A stretch of 24,000 bases of DNA from Candidatus Limnocylindrales bacterium (lineage in GTDB: Bacteria > Chloroflexota > Limnocylindria > Limnocylindrales > CSP1-4): assembly GCA_036002525.1 (NCBI GenBank), contig DASYTG010000030.1, positions 44,737 through 68,736 of the forward strand. The letters are read 5' to 3'. Below the pieces are notes generated by a model that saw only the letters and a program-made list of their open reading frames with translations, was not told the origin of the DNA and made no database searches. Shown here in pieces: positions 14,342 to 22,413 of this stretch. The translations under genes and the position numbers were made by a program. Position 1 is the first letter of the stretch. Each line of letters opens with the position of its first letter.

Positions 14342-15798
14342 GCCGGTGCCGTGTCGCCCGGTTCCGTGCCGCCCGGACCCACGGCGACGGGAGGTCGAAA
14401 CGACGACCTCCCGTCCGGCGAGGCGACCGCCGGCGGCGGCGCGACGTCGGCGGCGTTGCCGTCGTGAGCCATCTTGTCGTAGGCGACCGGCCCGCGGCGG
14501 GTGGCGAGCCGCCACATTGCGGCCGGCACGGCAGCCAGCCACACAGCGCCGAACAGCGCCAGCCTCGCCGCCCGGCTCGTCCGCTCACGGACGGCGAGTG
14601 CCGCTCCGTCCTGGTGCGTCTCCCAGCGAAGCGCATCGAACGCGAGCCCCGCCGTCACCGCGCCATACGAGCCGGCGAGGATCGCGGCCACCCGCGTCCG
14701 GCCGGTGAGGAACGCGCCAGTGATCGCCCCGAGGATCAGCGGCGGGATCGCGAGCTGACCGGCGTACGCGGCGAAGTCGAGCCGCGCCCCAATCGGCAGC
14801 TGCTCGCTCGACAGGACCGCCCCGCCGTGCTCGAACGTCCGCCGAATAGCGCCCTCGGCCCAGCGGACGCGCTGGCGCCACAGGTCGCCCCAGGTCGTGA
14901 CCGGCTCCTCCCACACCTCGGCGTCGATCGCCCAGGCGACCCTCGTGCCGTGGGCGGCAGCCACGCGGCTCGAGAGGTCGAGGTCCTCGGTCAGCGCCTG
15001 GGCTCGCCAGCCTCCCACGTCGTCGAGGAGGTCGCGGCGGACGACGATCCCGTTGCCGCGGAACTCGGAGCAGCCGCCGAGCCCCCAGCGCCCCCGCTGG
15101 ATCTCGCCATCGAGCGTCTGCTCGTCGGCCTGCGCACCGGCCAGATGGGAGCGCTCGGCCCGGAAGATCCGGCGGCGGACGGTCAGGGCGTCCGCGCCGG
15201 CTGCGACGTACCCCGCGAGCGTCGACAGGAACGAGGGTGCGATCCGGGCGTCCGCGTCGAGCACGACGACGACGTCGCCGCGACAGCTCTCCGGCGGGAC
15301 GGCGGTCAGTGCCGCGCCCTTGCCATCCGGAACGTCGCCCGTCCGGCGGACGAGCCGCGTGACGCCGCCGAGCCCCGCGACGGACGCCGCCCGGAGCGCC
15401 GCCTGCGGCGTCCCGTCGACCGAGCGGTCGTCGACGAGGACCAGCTCGAACTTCGGGCGCCCGTCGGCGGTCCGGTGGTCCTGGGCGCCGAGGTCGGCGA
15501 TGAGGTTGGGCAGGACGCCGGCCTCGTCGCGCGCGGCGACGACCACGCTGAACGTCGGCGGCGACTGGGCCGGATCGAGAGGCGGGGCGCCGGGCGGAAT
15601 CGGGGGACGCCGGCCGGCGACGGCGATCGGGACGGCGGACCCGAGCGCGACGAGCGCCGCACCGAGCGCGATCCGGGAGCTTCGCCCGCCGGCCGACCGA
15701 TAGCCAACGAGAAAGCCCCCGCCGAGGATCCCCAGCGCCGCTGCCCGCCACGCGGTCGGCGTCGGGACCGGATCGCCGGTTCGGTCAGCGAGGATCAT
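14338..15798 (-). CDS. Membrane-embedded family 2 glycosyltransferase, processive-synthase type
   Basis: ORF 14338..15798(-). Two N-terminal and several C-terminal hydrophobic helices. Motifs: LVDDRSVDGT, VVVLDADA (DxD), ALTEDLDLS (TED), WRQRVRWAEG (QxxRW). Confidence 0.85.
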   Translation of the reverse strand: MILADRTGDPVPTPTAWRAAALGILGGGFLVGYRSAGGRSSRIALGAALVALGSAVPIAVAGRRPPIPPGAPPLDPAQSPPTFSVVVAARDEAGVLPNLIADLGAQDHRTADGRPKFELVLVDDRSVDGTPQAALRAASVAGLGGVTRLVRRTGDVPDGKGAALTAVPPESCRGDVVVVLDADARIAPSFLSTLAGYVAAGADALTVRRRIFRAERSHLAGAQADEQTLDGEIQRGRWGLGGCSEFRGNGIVVRRDLLDDVGGWRAQALTEDLDLSSRVAAAHGTRVAWAIDAEVWEEPVTTWGDLWRQRVRWAEGAIRRTFEHGGAVLSSEQLPIGARLDFAAYAGQLAIPPLILGAITGAFLTGRTRVAAILAGSYGAVTAGLAFDALRWETHQDGAALAVRERTSRAARLALFGAVWLAAVPAAMWRLATRRGPVAYDKMAHDGNAADVAPPPAVASPDGRSSFRPPVAVGPGGTEPGDTAPA

Positions 15799-17467
15799 GC
15801 CGGCCCTCGTCGACGTCCCTGTCCGGGAGCTCGATCCGGACGGTTTCCGCGGAGGAGTCGACGGCCGTTCGACCCGGCTCGTCCCCGCGCCTGCCGCGGA
15901 TTCGCGCGGCCGCCTTTGCGACCCGCGACCGTCCGCCTGGCGAGGGCTGCCGACCCTCCTCGATCGTTCGCCGCTCCGCCGCTCGCCTCGCGCGCAGCCA
16001 CGGCGCGACGTCGCCGTTCGCCTCGTCCGCCTCGACGTAGGCGGCCTGGTAGCCGGGCGGCTCGGCGTGGGTCATCGCACCGATCGGGTCGATGGCCACC
16101 CCCGACACGGTCGACCCGGCGCTCACCTGCCACTCCTCCGCCGTCAGGCGACCGCGCCGGATCACCGACACGACGCCGGACGCGCCGATGAGCAGCGCCA
16201 CGACGAGGATCACCGTACCCGTCCCGACGAAGTCGGAGATCGCCCCGACGACGATGATCGGCAGGAAGCTCGACACGGACACGAGCATGTTGAGGACGCC
16301 GAACACGCGGCCCCGGACGTCCTCCGGCAGGTCCTCCTGGAGCTGGGTCTGGGCCGGAATCGCGACGAACGCGTAGGCGATCCCCGCGAAGAACGCGATG
16401 AACACGACGATCGCCAGAAGCGACGTGAGGGCCGAGAGGTCGATGAGCGGCGACGACTGCTCCGCGCGCTGGAGGAAGCGGCTGATGGGCCCGGCGACCG
16501 ACAGGATCGCGAGCGCGACGCCGAGGCCGATGAGGCCGACCTCGATGACCCGCCGCCGAGGCAGGTACTTGCCGTAAGAGTTGAGCAACAGGATGCCCAT
16601 GACGATCCCCGCCCCGAGAGGCAGCACGACGACGACGAAGTCCTTCGGCTGGAGACCGAGCGTCTCGCGGGCGAAGTCGGGACCGAGGACGCCCAGCACG
16701 CCGATGAGCGACGACGCGATCCCGAGGTAGACGAGCGACCACGTGATATTCCGGTGGTCGCTGATGTACTGGAGCCCCTCCCGCAGCTGGGCCAGCGTCG
16801 ACTCGACCGCGCGCTCCGCGTCGGCGACCGCCTGGAGCGGGTTGACGTGGGCCTTGGTCGGCGGCGGCGACGACGGCAGCGTCCAGCACATCGCCGCGGC
16901 CGCGATGTAGAGCAGCGCCACGAGGAGGATGAGCGTGTCCGGTCCGGCCAGCGTCACGACGAGCGGACCGAGGAGCGCGAAGCCGAGAGCGAACGCGGCG
17001 TTGAGCGTGAGGGTGAACAGGCCGTTCGCCGCCAGCAGCTGCCGGCGCGGCACGAGGTACGGGATCATCGCCGCCTCGGCCGGTGCGAAGAACACCGTCA
17101 CCGTCGAGACGAAGATCGTCAGCAGAATGATCGCCGGGACGAAGTCGCCGGCGAGCCAGACGAGGATGAAGGCGACGCCGCGGATCACGTTCGTCACGAT
17201 CAGGAGCAGGCGCCGGTCGATGCGGTCGACGTACACCCCGGCGACGGCCGAGAAGAGGACGGCCGGGACGAGGAAGCTCAGGATGAGCGCGCTGACCGCG
17301 GCATTCGACGACGTCGCCGAGACGACGATGACAGTCAGGCCGAAGAGGACCATGTTGCCGCCGACCTGGGTGACCGCCTGGGCCAACCAGAGGAGGAGGA
17401 ACGGGCGGTTTTTCAGGACGTCGGCGACGCCCGCGCCGGCGATCTCTTCCTGGCGGACGCTCGTCAC
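15785..17467 (-). CDS. MFS transporter (EntS/MFS_3-like) with a roughly 125-aa charged C-terminal tail
   Basis: ORF 15785..17662(-). The GTG at 17467 overlaps the DUF951 stop (GTGA). About 12 hydrophobic helices; VYVDRIDRR loop motif; upstream ORF codons are Arg-rich junk. Confidence 0.85.
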   Translation of the reverse strand: MTSVRQEEIAGAGVADVLKNRPFLLLWLAQAVTQVGGNMVLFGLTVIVVSATSSNAAVSALILSFLVPAVLFSAVAGVYVDRIDRRLLLIVTNVIRGVAFILVWLAGDFVPAIILLTIFVSTVTVFFAPAEAAMIPYLVPRRQLLAANGLFTLTLNAAFALGFALLGPLVVTLAGPDTLILLVALLYIAAAAMCWTLPSSPPPTKAHVNPLQAVADAERAVESTLAQLREGLQYISDHRNITWSLVYLGIASSLIGVLGVLGPDFARETLGLQPKDFVVVVLPLGAGIVMGILLLNSYGKYLPRRRVIEVGLIGLGVALAILSVAGPISRFLQRAEQSSPLIDLSALTSLLAIVVFIAFFAGIAYAFVAIPAQTQLQEDLPEDVRGRVFGVLNMLVSVSSFLPIIVVGAISDFVGTGTVILVVALLIGASGVVSVIRRGRLTAEEWQVSAGSTVSGVAIDPIGAMTHAEPPGYQAAYVEADEANGDVAPWLRARRAAERRTIEEGRQPSPGGRSRVAKAAARIRGRRGDEPGRTAVDSSAETVRIELPDRDVDEGRHDPR

Positions 17468-17727
17468 GTTGGCCGCTCGGGCCGGGCCTCGGCGGCCGCA
17501 GTCTCGGCGGCGGCGGTGACGGCGGGATCGCCGCGGGCGACGAAGCCGGTGAGGCGGCGCTCTAGCACAGGTCGCTCGAGGAGGACGTGGCGGCCGCAGC
17601 CCTGGCAGCGGAGCCCGATATCGGCTCCGAGCCGGTCGACGAGCCAGTCGTGACTGCCGCACGGATGGCTCCGCCGCAACCTGACGACGTCGCCGAGGAG
17701 CAGCTCGGGCACCGGTCGGTCGCTCAT
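17464..17727 (-). CDS. DUF951-family small protein (zinc-ribbon-like CxxC pair)
   Basis: ORF 17464..17775(-), ATG at 17727. GDVVRLRRSHPCGSHDWLVDRLGADIGLRCQGCGRHVLLERPVLERRL matches the DUF951/YyzM pattern. Confidence 0.75.
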   Translation of the reverse strand: MSDRPVPELLLGDVVRLRRSHPCGSHDWLVDRLGADIGLRCQGCGRHVLLERPVLERRLTGFVARGDPAVTAAAETAAAEARPERPT

Positions 17728-17743
17728 CTTCGGCGGGAGGGTA

Positions 17744-18418
17744 TCAGAGCCGCGGTCGGCCGTTCCTGGGCACAAGGTCCCGTTCCGTCGCCGGCAGCTC
17801 GAGCCGCTCGACGGGCGTCACGGTCAGCTCGGCGAGGGGGTAGGTGGCAGCCAGCTGGGCGATGACGCCGCCGATCCGGGTGAGCGAACCGGTGAGCGTC
17901 TCGGGGCTGCCGATCGCGCGGACCTCGAACGGGTCGCCGAGCGGCGTGTTCTCGATCGACAGCGCGCTGCCCGGCCCCGCCACGACCGCGCCCGGCACGA
18001 CCCGGACGTCCTCGACCGCGATCGCCTCGGCGCCGGCGTTGTGAAGCTCGTTGATGAGGTCCTCGACACCGGCTCCCTCGATTGCGCCGCTGATCGTGAT
18101 GGTCACGCCCGGGCCGACGACCGGCTCGAGACCCGACCACGCCCGGAGACGGGCGAGGTCCTGGCGGATCTGGTCGACCGACGTCTCGCCCCGCGACTGT
18201 GCGCCGGTGAGGCCGGCGAGCTCACGCTCGAGGCGAGCGACCTCCGTCCGGAGCTGGTCGTTCCGGGTGTTCAGGTTGGCGACGAGGACGGTGAGGTTCT
18301 GGGCCGACAGCGCGGCCAGGCCGGGCGAGGACTGCTGGACCCGCAGCTGGACGACGACGAGGAACCCGAGAACGAGGGCCACCGTGGAGATCGTCAGCTG
18401 GTTGCGGAGGCGATGCAT
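17744..18418 (-). CDS. DUF881-family membrane-anchored protein (YlxW/YlxX-like)
   Basis: ORF 17744..18418(-). N-terminal TM helix, a coiled-coil stretch, and the family core VVGPGVTITISG...VEDLINELHNAGAEAIAVEDVRVV. Confidence 0.85.
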   Translation of the reverse strand: MHRLRNQLTISTVALVLGFLVVVQLRVQQSSPGLAALSAQNLTVLVANLNTRNDQLRTEVARLERELAGLTGAQSRGETSVDQIRQDLARLRAWSGLEPVVGPGVTITISGAIEGAGVEDLINELHNAGAEAIAVEDVRVVPGAVVAGPGSALSIENTPLGDPFEVRAIGSPETLTGSLTRIGGVIAQLAATYPLAELTVTPVERLELPATERDLVPRNGRPRL

Positions 18419-18424
18419 CGGGAC

Positions 18425-19207
18425 CTACGGCGCCGGAGCCGCCGGCGAGGCCACGGGCGAGGGCGTCGGGATGACGCGGCCGTAGCGGAACGCGATCGTG
18501 CCCGCGTAGGCCGGGACGTCGACCGCGTCGGATTCGAGGAACGACAGGCGAATTCCGAATGCGTCGGCGCGGGCGACGACGAAGGCGACGAAGCCCTGCG
18601 ACGCGGACACCTGCTCGTAGAGGTCCTCCGGCCCGATTGCGCTCACCTGGTAAGGAGGAGCGATGAACGCGGAGTTCACGAGGACTGATCCGCCGATGTC
18701 GATGATCGCGGTCGACTGGGCGATCCGTTCCCCGTTCACCGATACCGCCTCGGCGCCGGCCAGCCAGAGCTCCTCGACAAGCGTCCGGACGTCGCGAGCG
18801 GTCACGAGGTAGTCGGCCTCGTTGCCGCCGGCCGTCACCGGCTGGACCGAATCCTCGAGCTGGAACACGATTCCGGTTCCCTGAAGCGCGAGGAGGCCGC
18901 CGGCGATCCGGGCGTCGTGGAGCCGGTCGTTCAACTCCCGGACGAGCGCCGCGGAGCCCTGGCCGCGCGTCTCAGCCTCCTGGATCTGCCGGCGAAGCTC
19001 GAGGACCTGGTCCTTGAGCGTTTCCTGCCGCGCCTGGAGGGCGACAGCAGCCGCGACGAGCGGCGAGCGCTCCTGGGTCGTGTAGCGAACGCGGGGTCCC
19101 TCGGAGGCCAGCTGGGCGGCGATGAGGAAGCCCAGTGCGAGGAGGGCGACGCCCAGCGTCACCTGCCAGCTGGGGATCGATCGGACCCAGGCGGCGAGGG
19201 TCGTCAT
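18425..19207 (-). CDS. DUF881-family membrane-anchored protein (paralog)
   Basis: ORF 18425..19501(-). The ATG at 19207 overlaps the peptidase stop (ATGA). N-terminal TM helix, a coiled-coil stretch, and LQGTGIVFQLEDS...VRTLVEELWLAGAEAVSVNGERI. Confidence 0.85.
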   Translation of the reverse strand: MTTLAAWVRSIPSWQVTLGVALLALGFLIAAQLASEGPRVRYTTQERSPLVAAAVALQARQETLKDQVLELRRQIQEAETRGQGSAALVRELNDRLHDARIAGGLLALQGTGIVFQLEDSVQPVTAGGNEADYLVTARDVRTLVEELWLAGAEAVSVNGERIAQSTAIIDIGGSVLVNSAFIAPPYQVSAIGPEDLYEQVSASQGFVAFVVARADAFGIRLSFLESDAVDVPAYAGTIAFRYGRVIPTPSPVASPAAPAP

Positions 19208-20580
19208 CCCGACGGTGGAGCGGGGTTCCGCCTGCGACGGCCGCTCACCACGACGAGGGCGATTGCTGCCACCGCCACCGCTGCCATCCCGGCGAGCAAC
19301 GCGGCGACAGGCAGGTCCGACCTGCTGGAGCCGGGGGGGCTCGGTTCCGGTGACGAGCCCGGGCCAACACTCGGCGCGCCCGCCGACGCCGACGGCGCGG
19401 TCGAGCCCTCGGCGTCGGTCCAGCCCGGCGGGACCGGGCCCGCCGGGGCGGGCTGCGGACCGTGGACGACCGGATCCTCGGCGTTGAGCTCGTCGCGCCA
19501 CGCCGCATCGAAGCCGTCGACGTCGACCCGGATCGCGTCCTCGAAGGCCTGGTCGTCGGTCCGTCCCTCACTGTACGAGCGAATCAGCGAGACGAGCGTG
19601 TCCTGGCCGTGAGTCCGGATGAGGTAATCGACCGCCGACACGCTCTCCGCGTAGGCGAGGAAGAACCGGTCGCGCGTCGTCGGGAACTGGCCTGCCAGCC
19701 CGTTCAGCGGGATGAGCGTGCCGTCCCGGGCCGCCGACTCGACCGCGAGCCGATCGGCCACCGGGTAACCCTCGGACAGGTAGACGGCGAGGCCCTCGTT
19801 GAGCCAGCGCGGCGGGAAGTGGTACGGGTTGTCGACCGCGGTGTTGAAAACGAGGTGGGTGAGCTCGTGGGGGATGACGATCTCGACCCACGCGTCGTCG
19901 ATCTCGCCCGGGGTGATCAGCGCGAACAGGGTGCGCAGCTCCGCGTTCGCCTGGCCACCGACGTTCTCCCGCGTCCCGGGCCCCAACGCGTCGTAGAACT
20001 CGTCCTGGTTGGCGTAGATGAAGAAGTCGATCGGCTCTTCCTCCCGGACCCCGAGCAGCTCCGACGCCTCCCGGATCGCCGTCTCGCCGATTCGCAGCGC
20101 TCGCTCGCCGAACGCGTTCGACCCCTCGTACCAGTGGACCCGCACGGTGTCGCCCTCGCGGGTCCGCCAGTCGAACCGGGTGTCCTCATAGACGACCGTC
20201 GCGGGCGGACCGACGGCGACGCTGCCGTCCTGCCCGTAGACCCGCCACCGACCCGTGATCGTCGTGTTCGGGAGGAGGTGGCCCTCGGAGAGGAGGAGCG
20301 CGTAGCGGAGGGTCGTCGCACCACCGCCGGTCGGTCCCTCGACCTCGACGACCTGCGGCCCGAGTCCGCCCGGGAACTCGAGCAGGAGCTCGACCCGCGA
20401 CGGCCCGCCACCGAGCGTCGCCGGTTGCGTGAACGCGACCTCGTCGCCCCATTTCGCGGTGGCCGTGGGTCGGCCGAACGTCACGTCGACCGCGAGTGCC
20501 ACGGGAGCGACGGCGGCCGCGACGAGCGCGAGCACGGCAACGCAGAGCGCGACCCGCCGCGGGATCACTGGTCCACCCAC
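19204..20580 (-). CDS. MA-clan zinc metallopeptidase (Peptidase_MA_2-like), N-terminal signal peptide and C-terminal TM anchor
   Basis: ORF 19204..20580(-). HELTHL (HExxH) followed by WLNEGLAVY (third-ligand Glu). A Pro/Ser-rich linker precedes a C-terminal hydrophobic helix plus RRRR. An alternative GTG start at 20568 overlaps the SBP stop (GTGA). Confidence 0.8.
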   Translation of the reverse strand: MGGPVIPRRVALCVAVLALVAAAVAPVALAVDVTFGRPTATAKWGDEVAFTQPATLGGGPSRVELLLEFPGGLGPQVVEVEGPTGGGATTLRYALLLSEGHLLPNTTITGRWRVYGQDGSVAVGPPATVVYEDTRFDWRTREGDTVRVHWYEGSNAFGERALRIGETAIREASELLGVREEEPIDFFIYANQDEFYDALGPGTRENVGGQANAELRTLFALITPGEIDDAWVEIVIPHELTHLVFNTAVDNPYHFPPRWLNEGLAVYLSEGYPVADRLAVESAARDGTLIPLNGLAGQFPTTRDRFFLAYAESVSAVDYLIRTHGQDTLVSLIRSYSEGRTDDQAFEDAIRVDVDGFDAAWRDELNAEDPVVHGPQPAPAGPVPPGWTDAEGSTAPSASAGAPSVGPGSSPEPSPPGSSRSDLPVAALLAGMAAVAVAAIALVVVSGRRRRNPAPPSG

Positions 20581-22184
20581 GCCAAGCCCGCCATGCGCAG
20601 GATCCCGAGGCCGTTCTGCCCCGCGCCGAGGAGCCCGTCCCGCGACAGCGCCCAGCCCGGGCCGTAGGCGAGTGGCACGATCGGCGCCTCGCGCTGGACG
20701 ATCGCCTCCGCCCGGTCGTACGCGGCGTTGGCCGCGTCCGGATCGGTCGCCGCGCCCGCCTCGGCGATCGCCGCGTCGAACTCCGGGTTCGACCAGCGGC
20801 CGTAGTTGTTGCTCTGTCCGGACCGGAGCAGGACGCCCAGGAAATCGTTCCGCCCTGGATAGTCGGCGACCCAGCCGAGCGACCAGATCGCCGGCGGGTC
20901 GGCGACCAGCCGGTCGAAGTAGGCGTCGAAATCCATCGTCTCGACCCGGACGTCGATCCCCAGGACGCGCTCGACGTCGGCGATCATCCCGCTCGCGTAC
21001 GCCGATCCACCGGTCAGGAACGTGACCACGGGAAAGCCGGTCCCGTTCGGATAGCCGGCCTCGGCGAGCAGCGCCCGGGCGGCGTCGGGATCGTGGCTCG
21101 GCAGGAAATCCGCGTCGCTCCGGCCGGGGATGCCGGGCGGGACCATGCTGTTCGCGGGCGTCGCCTCGATCGTCGCCAGCTCGACGACCCTCCGCCAGTC
21201 CACGGCCCGGGCGAACGCCTGGCGCACACGGACGTCCGCGAACGGCGGGCGCGATGTGTCGAAGCCCAGATACTCGGTCGACATCGACGGGACCTCGCGG
21301 AGCTGCGGACCGAGAGTCGCGTCGAACCGGATCCAGGACGCGTCGGAGCTCGAGATCCCGGCGTAGTCGAGATCGTCGTCCTCGAACGCCGCCACCGAGC
21401 TGCGGCCGCCGATGTCACCGACCAGCCGGACCGTCCGGATCGGCGGGGCGCCGGCCCAGTAGCGATCGTTGGCCGTCAGGGTGAGGTCCGTCGGCGTCTC
21501 CGCCGAGACGACGTACGCGCCGCTCCCGACGAACGTGTCCGGATCGACGGGCGCGTCGCCGTCGTAGTCCCGTGGGACGACCGCGAACGTCGGCCCGGCG
21601 ACGATCGAGACGAAGTCGGCCGCCGGCCTGATCAGGCGGACCTCGACGTCGTTGCCGGTCGCGCGAAGAGCGACCCCGTCCTCACCGACGGTGCCGGCGA
21701 GCCGCTCCGCGGCGCCCTCGACGTCGAGCATCAGGGAGGCGAGCGGCGAGGGCCGGTCCGGGTCGATGACCCGCAGCCAGCTGCGGACGACGTCGGCGGC
21801 TCCGAGCGCGCTGCCGTCCGAGAACGCGAGGGCGTCTCGGAGATGGAAGACGATCCGCCGTCCGCCGTCCTCGACGTCCCACGAGCCGGCAAGGGCGGGC
21901 CGAACCGTGAGGCTCGGGTCGATCGCCGTCACGCTCTCGAAGAGCTGGGCGCTGACGGCGGCGCTCCCGATGTCGCCCTGGGCGGCCGGGTCGAGCGTCG
22001 CAGGGGCGCCGGACAGGATCCGGACCTCGTCGGGCCCGGCGGCGCCTGCCGGGCGGGTCGGGCCGCCGGGCCAGCCCGCGGCGAGCGCCATCGCCGAGAG
22101 GAGTGTCGCGACGGCCAGCAGGAGGATGTCGCGGCGACGGACCGTCGGCCCGCGCCGGGGGTGTGATGTCAGGACGGTCGCCAC
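20565..22184 (-). CDS. ABC-transporter substrate-binding protein, family 5 (peptide/nickel type), orphan
   Basis: ORF 20565..22496(-). I place the start at the GTG at 22184, which gives VATVLTSHPRRGPTVRRRDILLLAVATLLSAMALAAG (possible Tat-like RRR signal). The body is SBP_bac_5-like (ATLDPA...LFESV, ANDRYWAG, GWVADYP). No permease or ATPase gene lies nearby. Confidence 0.8.
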   Translation of the reverse strand: MATVLTSHPRRGPTVRRRDILLLAVATLLSAMALAAGWPGGPTRPAGAAGPDEVRILSGAPATLDPAAQGDIGSAAVSAQLFESVTAIDPSLTVRPALAGSWDVEDGGRRIVFHLRDALAFSDGSALGAADVVRSWLRVIDPDRPSPLASLMLDVEGAAERLAGTVGEDGVALRATGNDVEVRLIRPAADFVSIVAGPTFAVVPRDYDGDAPVDPDTFVGSGAYVVSAETPTDLTLTANDRYWAGAPPIRTVRLVGDIGGRSSVAAFEDDDLDYAGISSSDASWIRFDATLGPQLREVPSMSTEYLGFDTSRPPFADVRVRQAFARAVDWRRVVELATIEATPANSMVPPGIPGRSDADFLPSHDPDAARALLAEAGYPNGTGFPVVTFLTGGSAYASGMIADVERVLGIDVRVETMDFDAYFDRLVADPPAIWSLGWVADYPGRNDFLGVLLRSGQSNNYGRWSNPEFDAAIAEAGAATDPDAANAAYDRAEAIVQREAPIVPLAYGPGWALSRDGLLGAGQNGLGILRMAGLAWVDQ

Positions 22185-22333
22185 CAGGCCCCCGTCCGGA
22201 GAGTCCCCCGGCCGCCGGGACGCAGGTCGAGTGGCCGCTCGACCGGCACGGGGATCCGGGGGCGGACCGTCCAGGCGTAGCCATCCCCGGAGAACCCGGC
22301 CAGGAGGGCGACGATGCAGACCCAGCGGCGCAT
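22169..22333 (-). CDS. Candidate leaderless small secreted protein, 54 aa
   Basis: Not in the ORF track. Translation: MRRWVCIVALLAGFSGDGYAWTVRPRIPVPVERPLDLRPGGRGTLRTGAWWRPS*. G/C third positions are near-uniform. A TATACT box at 22345-22340 ends exactly 6 nt before the ATG. The 3' end overlaps the SBP start by 16 nt. Confidence 0.3.
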   Translation of the reverse strand: MRRWVCIVALLAGFSGDGYAWTVRPRIPVPVERPLDLRPGGRGTLRTGAWWRPS

Positions 22334-22413
22334 GGCGGGAGTATAGGCGGGAGGCCCCTCCGGGCCGGCGGCGGTACGATTCGACGAGGCCGCCGCCAGC
22401 CCGAGGCAGCACC

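Noticed and set aside
22185-22413. I looked for a T-box or other riboswitch upstream of cysS. A GGCGGCGG...CCGCCGCC hairpin is present.
   Set aside because: There is no GGGUGGNACCGCG-like T-box sequence, specifier context or terminator, and the leader is too short. The hairpin alone is not diagnostic in this GC background.
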